59,258 nt of DNA from an uncultured Prevotellaceae bacterium (GCA_947167835.1 CAMVJO010000001.1:1-59258), one strand, 5' to 3'. Counted from the stretch's first letter, positions 50,140 through 59,258 are shown. The notes: generated by a model from the letters alone, not told the origin. A program made the numbers and translations.

Positions 50140-50969
50140 ATCGGTTTGTCTGTCCAGATTATTTTTTTCTTAGAGGTCAAAGGATGCCTTACTCCCACAG
50201 CACCATGCATATATGCCTTGGCACTTCCGAAGTTGAGGTTCAAATCAAGGCAGACGGGCAGGTGATTCTTGTCATCGGTGATATAAAACCGGACTATCTC
50301 CTTTTCTTTTCCGTCATTCTGCTTTTCAACATACGAAAAGACGAGGGTTTTGTAGGTTCCGTTGCCGTCTTTCATCTTGATGTCCTTCTTTCCTTTATAT
50401 ATTACCTGACGCCATCTTGTTTTGTTGCCTTCGGCCATCAGGAAGTTGATACGATGTCCTTCTTTGTAGGTAGAAGGATCGAAAGAACGGGCGCGAAGTA
50501 TCATTGATACCATGTCGTAGGCATAATACTTGGAGTCTTCGTTGCGGTATTCGTATGGTTCGTCATTTTTCTTGTAGCGCATTTTCAGATGTGCCATGTT
50601 ATTGGAATAACTGTACCATACATCTTCCACGCGATAGTCTTTACCTTCTTTTGCGTGCTTGGAATAATACTGTGGCACGAGGTTAAGATTGGTATATGTC
50701 GTGAGCGTGTCGCGCATCACGAAGTATTTGTCGGCTTGCTTCGAGCCGCGTGTGATGAGATAGGCCTTATATGCGGGTTGCCCGTTATAATATGTTTTTG
50801 TGATGTTCATTGAAGCCGTTCCTACCTTGATCCACACAAATTTCCAGTTGAAATAGAGATCGTATGTCAGGGTTTCGCCACTTTGGAAGGCGGTATTTTC
50901 CTGCGATTGCGCATTTGCTGCGCCTGTCAGCAAGAAAATGGAGAATATCAGAAGGATTATCTTTTTCAT
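50127..50969 (-). CDS. DUF3108 domain-containing exported protein
   Basis: Signal peptide; 'AFQSGETLTYDLYFNW', 'YITDDKNHLPV..LNFGSAKA'. Confidence 0.75.
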   Translation of the reverse strand: MKKIILLIFSIFLLTGAANAQSQENTAFQSGETLTYDLYFNWKFVWIKVGTASMNITKTYYNGQPAYKAYLITRGSKQADKYFVMRDTLTTYTNLNLVPQYYSKHAKEGKDYRVEDVWYSYSNNMAHLKMRYKKNDEPYEYRNEDSKYYAYDMVSMILRARSFDPSTYKEGHRINFLMAEGNKTRWRQVIYKGKKDIKMKDGNGTYKTLVFSYVEKQNDGKEKEIVRFYITDDKNHLPVCLDLNLNFGSAKAYMHGAVGVRHPLTSKKKIIWTDKPICAS

Positions 50970-51047
50970 AATGTGCCTTTTTTTTATTTTTCCTGCTCCT
51001 TGATATTATTTAAAAGGAGCATTGTCTTTATTATTCCTACTACTATA

Positions 51048-51232
51048 GGGATGTTCTATAAATTACGTTTTTAAGAAACTGGTCTCTATTTTATTTTGCT
51101 TGTTTTTGAAATCTTTTTGCCGTCTTTAGCTTTAATTCCTTGAACCGTAGCTCGCTACGCTCCTTCGTCATTAAAGCTAAATCCAATCAAAATCTAAACA
51201 AAAACAATGCAGCCTAATTTATAGAACATCCC
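51048..51232. mobile_element. MITE-like element, subfamily B (185 bp), reverse orientation
   Basis: TIR GGGATGTTCTATAAATTA / TAATTTATAGAACATCCC; TATA on both flanks; reverse complement of 58960..59144 with one mismatch noticed. Confidence 0.85.
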
Positions 51233-51266
51233 TATAATTATTAAAGAAGTGTTTCCGCGCGAAAAT

Positions 51267-53183
51267 CTATCTTCGTTCGCGAGTACGTTCTACATTTTTC
51301 TGGTGTGCCGTCTGCTTTGCCTTTTTCTTCTTGGACTTGATGAGCTTTTCCGGCTTCTGCTTAGTGATAGGCAGGGCTGTTGGATTCCAATTGACGACCT
51401 CGTCCCATCCTGCTCGTACTTCAAATTGCTCAGGATAGTAATAAACTGTTTCAGCCTGGCGGCGCTGTACGATATCTCCGGTAGTCCATTTTCCATCGCC
51501 GTCTTTGTCGATGAATAGTCGGAGGTAGTATTTGCCTGGACGGATATAATAGAAATCGGCATTGCCATATTTGCTGACACGTGCCTCCTGCAGAATTTTA
51601 GTCTCGTCGGCCATGAATTGCACTACGTAGTTGGTATCGGCGCCTGCCACATTAACCATACATGTGCCGAAGTCTTTTTCTGCTGCCACCTTGAATGAGC
51701 CCTTGAATCCGTTATTGAAACTACCGGATAACCCATAAAGTGCGGCAGAGTCGATTTCCAGAGTGTAACGTTGGTCGTATCGCCATTCACCGAAGACTTT
51801 GAAGCGTCCTTTCTCGTAGGGAGACTGAATAAGCCTGAACCTTGCCGGCGTTTGCATCGTGTCCGGTCCTAGTAGCAGGTGGATACTTTGCGTGTCCAGC
51901 CGTACTAATGGCTCGGGAAACACCAGTTCCGGATTTTGGTTGGGCGCTATCTGTCCGCTATTGCTACGTAATTCGATTTTCATGTAGTCTATTGGCGGTT
52001 TTTCGTCGGAGTAGTCGCCGCGCTTGTGGCGTTTTTCCAACTGCTTCTGCCATTTTTCCATTTTCTCGCGCAACTCTTTCTGTTGTTTTGCGAAGGTAAC
52101 TCTGGATATTAGTTCGATAGTATCTGTTCGCAGCGTGTCAATATTGGCTGAGTCGTCGGTTTCGTAGAAGGTGTAGGCAAACATCAGCGTATCTTGCTTA
52201 TACATGGCCGTATCTTTGAGCCAATAAGTGATAGTGTCGTTACCCTTGTTTCTGTCTTCGACAAACGCATCCGTAGCATCGAAGTTCAGTCCTTTTATTT
52301 CGGGAACATGCTGCGAAGGTCCGGTGAAATACATCCTAAACCACTGCGGCACGTCGCGTTGTTGCTTCAAGAAATGGCGAGGTACGTTGGTATGCTGAAA
52401 AGCCTTGAGCACCACATTGTCAGGCAGGTAGTGTGTAAACTCCGTGGCGACAATCGAATCGTAAGTGGTGGTGTCACGCCAAATAGTGTCGTAGCGCATA
52501 TCGGTAAAGCAGGACGTGGTGAGAAGAGAGTCGGTAAAACCTATCATCTCGGCGCGCGACGAAAATTTATAGTCGCCGTCCATATCTTTCAGTGCGTACA
52601 ATCTGTATCTGCCTTGGGGAACGCCTTTGATACTGAAGAATCCGCTTTCGTCAGTACGCCCAACGCGGTCGAGAGGTCGCTGCAAAAAGGCAGAATCGCT
52701 GTCTTCATAATAAAGACCTACGAGTAAGCCCTGCAGAGGACTGAGGTTTTCGGCATCAATCACGTGTCCGCTAATTTCCATGGTGTCTGATTTCTCACCA
52801 GTGGAGAAGTAGTATGTGAAAGTTCCCAGCGGATTTCCTTCATTGTTGTCCACAATTGCATCTCCGAAGTCAATAGTATAAGTTGTGTTGGGCTTCAGCG
52901 TATCAAGCAGTTCGATTTTGATGCGTTTGCCGGAGGAAGAAATTTCCGGTGGCTCCAATTGTGGCGGTGAGACGATGATATTTTCCTGTCCGTTCTCAAC
53001 TTTAATGTTTTCGTCGAACACGATTTCTATTTTCTTGTTCTTTGCGTTCAGTTGTCCTATGGCCGGAGACATTCGCACGACCTTTGGCGGCGTTTCGTCG
53101 TACGGACCGCCGTCAGGTCCCTGCCCCTGATTGGCGCAGGCCATGAAAACCAGAACTAAAAGAAAGAAAAATAGTTTTCTCAT
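51267..53183 (-). CDS. Ig-like (Big_5) domain-containing lipoprotein
   Basis: Lipobox FMAC followed by 'ANQGQGPDGGPYDETPP', 'FDENI', 'LKPNTTYTIDFGDAIVDNNEGN', a conserved Bacteroidales family. Confidence 0.8.
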   Translation of the reverse strand: MRKLFFFLLVLVFMACANQGQGPDGGPYDETPPKVVRMSPAIGQLNAKNKKIEIVFDENIKVENGQENIIVSPPQLEPPEISSSGKRIKIELLDTLKPNTTYTIDFGDAIVDNNEGNPLGTFTYYFSTGEKSDTMEISGHVIDAENLSPLQGLLVGLYYEDSDSAFLQRPLDRVGRTDESGFFSIKGVPQGRYRLYALKDMDGDYKFSSRAEMIGFTDSLLTTSCFTDMRYDTIWRDTTTYDSIVATEFTHYLPDNVVLKAFQHTNVPRHFLKQQRDVPQWFRMYFTGPSQHVPEIKGLNFDATDAFVEDRNKGNDTITYWLKDTAMYKQDTLMFAYTFYETDDSANIDTLRTDTIELISRVTFAKQQKELREKMEKWQKQLEKRHKRGDYSDEKPPIDYMKIELRSNSGQIAPNQNPELVFPEPLVRLDTQSIHLLLGPDTMQTPARFRLIQSPYEKGRFKVFGEWRYDQRYTLEIDSAALYGLSGSFNNGFKGSFKVAAEKDFGTCMVNVAGADTNYVVQFMADETKILQEARVSKYGNADFYYIRPGKYYLRLFIDKDGDGKWTTGDIVQRRQAETVYYYPEQFEVRAGWDEVVNWNPTALPITKQKPEKLIKSKKKKAKQTAHQKNVERTRERR

Positions 53184-53187
53184 CGTT

Positions 53188-54693
53188 TTATTGATTCATT
53201 TGCAGGAGTTGATCCATGATATCTCGGTTGTTGTTCAAACGAGGTACCTTGTGTTGTCCGCCAAGTTTGCCTTTACTTTTCAGCCAGTCGTTGAAAAGAT
53301 TGGGACGTGCCACGATAATTTCAAGAGGCTGGAGTGTGATATCTTTATATCGCTTGGCTTCGTAATCGCTGTTGATGCTTTGCAGCGTTTGGTCGAGGAT
53401 ATTTGAGAAATGCTCCAGGCTATCGGGTTTTTGCTCGAACTCGATGAGCCATTGGTGGCGGCATTTTCCATTGTCGTCCATGAAAACCGGCGCTGCTGTG
53501 TACTCTGAGATTATTGCCCCCGTTTCCTTACATGCTTTCTCCAACCCTTTCTCGGCATTGTCCACAATTAATTCCTCACCAAAGGCATTTATGAAGGATT
53601 TTGTGCGCCCGCTGATAACGAATTTGTAGGGATTCGTAGAGGTAAATCGGACTGTGTCGCCAATTTGGTAGCGCCATAATCCACTACTGGTGGTAATGAC
53701 GAGCGCATAGTTCTTATCTTTTTCGACAGCCCAGAGCGGGAGTACGATAGGATTGGGCTTTCCGACTTCTTCAAGGGGAATGAATTCGTAGAACACGCCA
53801 TAATCCAACATAAGTAGCATTGCCACATCGTTAGGGTCGTTCTGTAGTCCGAAAAATCCCTCGCTGGCATTATAAGTTTCTTCATAGTGCATTTCAGGAT
53901 TGCGAATAATCCTGTTATATTGCTCACGATATGGAGTAAAGGCGACACCTCCGTGGAAGAATACCTCCAAATTGGGCCAAACGTCGTCAATATATTTCTT
54001 TCCGGAGACTTCCAGAATTCTATTGAGGACACTCAGCATCCAAGACGGGACTCCGCTTAGGTTTGTGACGTTCTGTCCTATGGTTTCGCGGGCAATTTCA
54101 TTGCGTTTCTGCTCGAAATCGGCCAATAGTGCCGTTTGTCTGGATAATACTCGGAAGGGACGTGCCACTACCGGGATGTTTTCCATCAATACTGCGCTCA
54201 AATCGCCTACGTATGAGTGAGGAAGATTGTAATTTGGCTGATGTGATCCGCCTAATATCAGACCTTTCCCCTTCATCATGCGGTTTTTAGGATGATTCCT
54301 GAAATATATGGCCACAGAGTCCGTACCTCCGCGATAGTGTGTGTCCTTTAATGCCTGGGGAGATACGGGAATGAATTTACTTTTGTCGTTTGTTGTTCCC
54401 GAAGACTTGGCATACCAGCGAATACGTCCTGGCCACAGTACGTTTTTTTCGCCCTGTCGCATACGGTCTATGAAATTTTTCAGCGTTTCGTAGTCGTTGA
54501 GTGGAACGTTTCTGACAAAATCATCGTAGTCGCGTATCTGTTCAAATTGATGTCCGGTGCCCCATTCGGTATCGCGTCCTTTCTTGACAAGATTCGCCAA
54601 GACCTGACGTTGTACTTCCTCGGGATGTGCCACAAACTTGTCGATAGCGCGAAGGCGTGGCGAGACATACATTGAAAACAGTGTGGAAATCAT
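53188..54693 (-). CDS. GH3 auxin-responsive family acyl-adenylate protein
   Basis: 'AKSSGTTNDKSKFIP', 'YNASEGFF', 'GLWRYQIGD', 'LGGQHKVPRL'. Confidence 0.9.
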   Translation of the reverse strand: MISTLFSMYVSPRLRAIDKFVAHPEEVQRQVLANLVKKGRDTEWGTGHQFEQIRDYDDFVRNVPLNDYETLKNFIDRMRQGEKNVLWPGRIRWYAKSSGTTNDKSKFIPVSPQALKDTHYRGGTDSVAIYFRNHPKNRMMKGKGLILGGSHQPNYNLPHSYVGDLSAVLMENIPVVARPFRVLSRQTALLADFEQKRNEIARETIGQNVTNLSGVPSWMLSVLNRILEVSGKKYIDDVWPNLEVFFHGGVAFTPYREQYNRIIRNPEMHYEETYNASEGFFGLQNDPNDVAMLLMLDYGVFYEFIPLEEVGKPNPIVLPLWAVEKDKNYALVITTSSGLWRYQIGDTVRFTSTNPYKFVISGRTKSFINAFGEELIVDNAEKGLEKACKETGAIISEYTAAPVFMDDNGKCRHQWLIEFEQKPDSLEHFSNILDQTLQSINSDYEAKRYKDITLQPLEIIVARPNLFNDWLKSKGKLGGQHKVPRLNNNRDIMDQLLQMNQ

Positions 54694-54799
54694 TTCTTTC
54701 TTCGTTTGTTTTTTTCTTTTTCCTAACCTTCCGAAACTTTTTGCCAGTCAATTGGTTATTTTATTCGGCGTTTTGGTATTTTCAAGCCCAGCGGCTGTG

Positions 54800-55621
54800 T
54801 TATTCTATTGATATTTTTTCAGCGTTCTCTATGTTTTCTTCCAGAAATACGGAGGCGGCCTGTGCAAAGACTTCGGTAGATTCCGTTGTCAGGTACCTAC
54901 AGGTTCCGTTCTTCGAGCAACACTGTTCTATGTCAGCATGACGTTTCAGATAGTCCTTGAGTTTGATGGCTACATGCTCACCCTGCATCACCAGTTCGAT
55001 GCCTTCGGTATATTTCCGTATGATAGGCAGCAATAGTGGGTAGTGCGTGCATCCAAGTATGATGGTATCTATTTCCGAGTCCATGCTACGCAACTGTTTG
55101 ATGCGTTTCTTTACGAAATACTCGGCGCCTTCGGTATCATACTCGCCATATTCCACCAGCGGCACCCACATTGGGCATGCCAGCGAGGAGAGTTTGATAT
55201 CGGGATGCAGTTTTTCGATTTCCAGCGCGTAGGAATTGGATTTTACCGTGCCCGAAGTGGCTAAAAGTCCCACATGTCGGCTTTTGCTCAAGTCACCTAT
55301 CACCTCTACTGTGGGACGTATCACACCTAATACGCGACGTCCGGCATATTCGGGGCGCAGCAAATCATTTTGCTGTATGGTTCGCAGGGCTTTTGCCGAT
55401 GCTGTATTGCAAGCCAGGATAATTAGTTGGCAATCGTTACGGAATAGTGCTTCCACAGCCTGACGTGTGTAATGATACACCGTCTCAAACGAACGCGATC
55501 CGTAAGGTGCGCGGGCATTGTCGCCCAGATAGATGTAATCATACTGGGGCATGAGGTGGCGTATGCTTCTTAAAATCGTAAGTCCGCCATATCCGCTGTC
55601 GAAGATGCCTATCGATGCCAT
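54800..55621 (-). CDS. murI: Glutamate racemase
   Basis: 'IGIFDSGYGGLT', 'ACNTASA', 'LGCTHYP'. Confidence 0.95.
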   Translation of the reverse strand: MASIGIFDSGYGGLTILRSIRHLMPQYDYIYLGDNARAPYGSRSFETVYHYTRQAVEALFRNDCQLIILACNTASAKALRTIQQNDLLRPEYAGRRVLGVIRPTVEVIGDLSKSRHVGLLATSGTVKSNSYALEIEKLHPDIKLSSLACPMWVPLVEYGEYDTEGAEYFVKKRIKQLRSMDSEIDTIILGCTHYPLLLPIIRKYTEGIELVMQGEHVAIKLKDYLKRHADIEQCCSKNGTCRYLTTESTEVFAQAASVFLEENIENAEKISIE

Positions 55622-55655
55622 TTCCCTGTCGTTATTCCTGTTTTGTTCCCGAGAC

Positions 55656-56174
55656 TTATTGTTTTAGTGCGGCCAGTTTCTCGCGTACAAAGGGGGTAGC
55701 GTCTTCTGTCACGCTGGGATGTACGAAGAGCAGCGGACTATTGTCGGTATTGATGATATATTCGTAGCCGCGCTCCATACCTACTTCCTGAATCACGCTA
55801 TCAAGCGCCTGACGCAGCGGTTGTAACATATCTTTTTCGGCTTTCTGCAGCAGACTGTCCATTTGTAAACGGAAGTTTTGGCTACGTTCCATTTCCAACT
55901 GCAGGTCGTGCTGGCGTTTCAGCATGATGCTTTGCGGAAAGTCCTTCTGTCCTTGCAGAAAGTCGGTGAACATCTGCTGGAACTTGCGCTCGTTGTATCT
56001 GGTTTCGGCTTCATACTTTTGCACGAGTTGCTTCATTGAGGATTGCACTTCGGCATATTCCGGCATTTCGTGCAGCAAGGAGTTGTAACTCAGGCTGCCG
56101 TATTTTATCTGTGACTGGCAAAAAGCTGTTGCTGCGAACAATGCCAGTATGGTGGTGAATAAAGTTCTTTTCAT
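55656..56174 (-). CDS. skp: OmpH/Skp family periplasmic chaperone
   Basis: Signal peptide, 'LLHEMPEY', coiled-coil body, 'GYEYII'; adjacent to murI as is usual in Bacteroidales. Confidence 0.8.
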   Translation of the reverse strand: MKRTLFTTILALFAATAFCQSQIKYGSLSYNSLLHEMPEYAEVQSSMKQLVQKYEAETRYNERKFQQMFTDFLQGQKDFPQSIMLKRQHDLQLEMERSQNFRLQMDSLLQKAEKDMLQPLRQALDSVIQEVGMERGYEYIINTDNSPLLFVHPSVTEDATPFVREKLAALKQ

Positions 56175-56184
56175 ATCGGGATGT

Positions 56185-56418
56185 TTATTTTTTGATGAGC
56201 GATGCTACATAAAGTATGACAAGTGCGCCGCAGAGAGCCGTACCTATCTGTCCTACGATGCCGCCCCACGTAATGTTGAACTGTTCAAAAAGCCAACCGC
56301 CCACAGCTCCGCCGATCAAGCCTAGCAATAGATTGCCCAACCAGCCGAATCCGCCGCCGCGAATCAGTTTTCCGGCCAGATATCCGGCCAACATTCCTGT
56401 AATAATGGATCCTATCAT
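56185..56418 (-). CDS. GlsB/YeaQ/YmgE family small membrane protein
   Basis: 'MIGSIITGMLAGYLAGKLIRGGGFG..GNLLLGLIGG.VGGWLF'; start at 56418. Confidence 0.85.
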   Translation of the reverse strand: MIGSIITGMLAGYLAGKLIRGGGFGWLGNLLLGLIGGAVGGWLFEQFNITWGGIVGQIGTALCGALVILYVASLIKK

Positions 56419-56443
56419 ATTTTCTTTGTGCAGTATTTTTGTT

Positions 56444-58150
56444 TTAGTTCCGTTTAGAAATACCCATACGTGCCTGAACGACATTGATCACGTAGTCACC
56501 CAGTTTTTCGCACTCGCCAATGACGTCCATGTACATGGTACCGACAGCGTAGTCGTACAAATGGTTGTTGATATCCAGGATATTCTGGTTTTTCAACTGA
56601 TTACGATAGTTGTTAATCTCATGTTCCACATTGAAGGAACGGTTTGCATCGAAATCGCTCCGACGGCCTGACAGCAACTCGTTCATTTGCGAGAGCGAGG
56701 TGTCCACCAACTGGAACATTTGGTACATGTGCTGATATTGTTCTTCGGTAAAATGTTCGTTTCCGGCTATCTTGCGATTGATGGTTCGGGCTATGTTGTA
56801 GCAAGCGTCGCCAATACTTTCGAGTTCCGAGATTTCGCGCAACATAGCATGTGTCTTTACTTTTGATTCGGGGCTCAAATGGAGTTCGCTTACCTCATCC
56901 AGATAGCGGGCTATCTCAATTTCCATATTGTCGCTGATGCCTTCGTATTTCTCTATGCGCGAGAATATTTTTACGAAGTCTTCGTTTTTCAGTCCGAGCA
57001 GTTCGCGACAAAGACCGAACATCTTTTGCATGCGTTCACCGAAGTAAGTAATTTCTTTCTGGGCTTCGAGCAACGAAAGTTCCGGAGTCTCGAGCAATCC
57101 CGACGTGATAAAGCGAAGTCTGAACGAATCTTCTTCCTCGCCCTTCTTAGGTTGTATCACTTTGCTCACGAATTTTTCTATCTGGGGTATGAACCAAATC
57201 AGGATAGCCGTGTTCACCACGTTGAAACAGGTGTGGAAAGCAGCCAGAACGAAGTTCAATTTTGCTGCGTTGGCCAGGAATCCGGGAGCTTCGCGGGTTA
57301 AAGTTTCGTCATATCCCACCATTCCGCATACCATCTGTACAAACGGGCGGAATACGATGAGTATCCAGATAACGCCGAAGAAGTTGAAGAACATATGTGC
57401 CAGTGCCGCGCGTCTTGCCTGGGTATTGGCCGACATTGCTATGATGTTTGATGTAACGGTCGTGCCGATATTTTCACCCATCACCAAGGCAATGCCAAGA
57501 TATATGTCGAGAGCGCCGCTGGAGCACAATATCATGGTGATTGCCAGCACAGCAGCCGAAGATTGCACGCACATAGTGAGAATACTTCCCAAGAGCAGGA
57601 ACACTATTGTCGTGAGGAATGGAGGCCAGTCGCCGAAAGACTGGAAAAAGTCCAGCACGGCCTGATTTTCTCCCAGGTTCATATCTACGCCGGTCTGACG
57701 TAATGTTCCCAATCCCAGGAACATGAAGGCGATACCGAAGAGGAAGTCGCCGGCACCCTTGCGCCGTTTGGAATAGATGAGGATAATGGCCAGGAAGAAT
57801 GCGGGATACACAAAATCGGTGATGTTAAAAGTAACACCTGCCGACATGATCCATGCCGTTAGTGTGGTTCCGATGTTGGCTCCCATTATGATACTGATGG
57901 CTTGTGCCAGAGTCAGTAATCCTGCATTGACGAAAGATACCGTCATCACGGTAGTTGCCGTTGAAGACTGCACAGAAGCTGTCACAAAAATACCCGTAAG
58001 CATTCCCGTAAAGCGGTTGTGTGTCATAGTTCCCAGTACATGGCGCAACTGGCTACCGGCCATTTTCTGAAGGCTGTCACTCATGGTTTTCATACCGAAC
58101 ATCAGGAGTGCCAAAGAGCCCAGTAGTTTGAAGAAAATCCAAATATCCAT
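56444..58150 (-). CDS. Na/Pi cotransporter family protein with PhoU-like C-terminus
   Basis: 'VQSSTATTVM', 'MGANIGTT', 'VQSSAA', 'GENIGTT'; PhoU-like 'ELESIGD', 'EKLGDY'. Confidence 0.92.
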   Translation of the reverse strand: MDIWIFFKLLGSLALLMFGMKTMSDSLQKMAGSQLRHVLGTMTHNRFTGMLTGIFVTASVQSSTATTVMTVSFVNAGLLTLAQAISIIMGANIGTTLTAWIMSAGVTFNITDFVYPAFFLAIILIYSKRRKGAGDFLFGIAFMFLGLGTLRQTGVDMNLGENQAVLDFFQSFGDWPPFLTTIVFLLLGSILTMCVQSSAAVLAITMILCSSGALDIYLGIALVMGENIGTTVTSNIIAMSANTQARRAALAHMFFNFFGVIWILIVFRPFVQMVCGMVGYDETLTREAPGFLANAAKLNFVLAAFHTCFNVVNTAILIWFIPQIEKFVSKVIQPKKGEEEDSFRLRFITSGLLETPELSLLEAQKEITYFGERMQKMFGLCRELLGLKNEDFVKIFSRIEKYEGISDNMEIEIARYLDEVSELHLSPESKVKTHAMLREISELESIGDACYNIARTINRKIAGNEHFTEEQYQHMYQMFQLVDTSLSQMNELLSGRRSDFDANRSFNVEHEINNYRNQLKNQNILDINNHLYDYAVGTMYMDVIGECEKLGDYVINVVQARMGISKRN

Positions 58151-58317
58151 TGTTTTTCGTTTTGGTTGCTGAAATTTTGCAAGTTATCTTGGCCGAAATG
58201 TAGGGGAAACGGCATCTTTTTGCGCATGATACCTGTTTTTCAGTACATTCCGTCTGTTTTTATTGTCTTAAAACGCGCCTTTTAAGGCAGTTTATAAATT
58301 TTATTTATAATTTGCAG

Positions 58318-58325
58318 CAAAATTA
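58318..58325 (-). promoter_or_regulatory. -7 promoter element for the Na/Pi transporter operon
   Basis: Reverse strand reads TAATTTTG(C) about 170 nt upstream of the start. Confidence 0.5.
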
Positions 58326-58635
58326 CAAAAAACATCCGAAATTCAGGGCAGTTCTGCAAAATATATTTTCGGGTTTTTCATCAGTTTTTTCCAACCTACG
58401 GAAAAAGGGGTGGGGGATATGCCCGAAAGTGTGGCAGAAAAAACGTTGTCGGCCATGCCTAACGCTATAGACATGACCGACAAAAGGAACATAGACATAA
58501 CAATTTAATTCTTATCGCGAAATATGGTAAAACGCTGTACAGACAGCATCTCTTACACTTTCACGATGCAAAATTACTGCGGCTTTATGATATGCGCAAT
58601 ACCCAAAAATGGCGATTTTTGCAGAAATGGGATCA

Positions 58636-58820
58636 CGTTATGACGATATGACGTTATTACGAGGTCTTTGAAATTGATTTTTTTGGGGGAAAATGGGCAA
58701 TTTGGGCAATTTGGGGGTAAATAGGTTCGAGATAAGAAAAATTAGCTCCGAGCAAAATTAAAATAGGTCGACACTATTTAAAATTAGCTCGGAGATAAAA
58801 AATTTTTGCTCGGAGCTATT
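58636..58820. repeat. Composite intergenic repeat (8-bp, 9-bp and five 21-bp units)
   Basis: CGTTATGA/CGATATGA/CGTTATTA; ATGGGCAAT/TTGGGCAAT; 21-bp cores at 58722, 58743, 58764, 58785 and 58806. Confidence 0.8.
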
Positions 58821-58959
58821 TGCACCTATTTCAGGGGTAAATTTTTGTATCCTGAAAAATCCCGAAAATACCTCCTAATAAAGGGCGCATAACAATGCGA
58901 TATTTTTCGGTTTTAAGACCTTCTTGGGAGATAAGTGGAATTATCTCCGAGATACTTTA

Positions 58960-59144
58960 GGGATGTTCTATAAATTAGGCTGCATTGTTTTTGTTTAGAT
59001 TTTGATTGGATTTAGCTTTAATGACGAAGGAGCGTAGCGAGCTACGGTTCAAGGAATTAAAGCTAAAGACGGCAAAAAGATTTCAAAAACAAGCAGAATA
59101 AAATAGAGACCAGTTTCTTAAAAACGTAATTTATAGAACATCCC
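58960..59144. mobile_element. MITE-like element, subfamily B (185 bp)
   Basis: TIRs as at 51048; TTTA direct repeat on both flanks; inserted into a 21-bp array. Confidence 0.85.
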
Positions 59145-59258
59145 TTTAATTTATCTCCGAGCTAATTTCCGAATCTCAATTTTTTGAGTACGGAGCAAAA
59201 AAATAGGCGTATGGCTCATTTTGCAGGATAAAATTGCGTAGTAGGTATTCAATAGCTC

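Noticed and set aside
58343-58498. 51-aa minus-strand ORF (MSMFLLSV...)
   Set aside because: It runs through a terminator-like hairpin and has no recognisable features; the sRNA interpretation is preferred.

Overview
Chromosomal window from a Bacteroidales (Prevotellaceae-like) bacterium, judged from TAnnTTTG promoters, T9SS C-terminal domains and gene content. Bases 0.4-27 kb hold a co-oriented surface-appendage locus: a DUF3575/OmpA-like outer-membrane protein, five type V (FimA/Mfa-like) pilin-type lipoproteins, a DUF5106-redoxin, and two giant secreted Gly-repeat proteins (3384 aa with a T9SS-type C-terminus; 1840 aa without one). Their xYGGG repeat blocks sit at opposite ends, as if one long beta-helix were split over two genes. 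The rest is mainly housekeeping: sufCDS (no sufB), rnhB, DUF349, prmC, a GH20, tRNA-Arg(CCT), a YqeY-family gene, two tandem ftsZ paralogues in a truncated dcw cluster (murG-murC-ftsQ-ftsA-ftsZ-ftsZ), cysS, pdxB, murI, skp and others. Intergenic DNA is rich in repeats. There are five copies of a 185-272 bp MITE-like element with terminal inverted repeats, apparent 4-bp target duplications and a covarying rod-like fold; two copies carry a nested structured insert. There are also several families of palindromic 21/22-bp tandem arrays, one of which appears in frame inside the DUF349 gene. No transposase, integrase, cas gene or CRISPR array was seen. Family assignments come from motif recognition by eye, not database searches.
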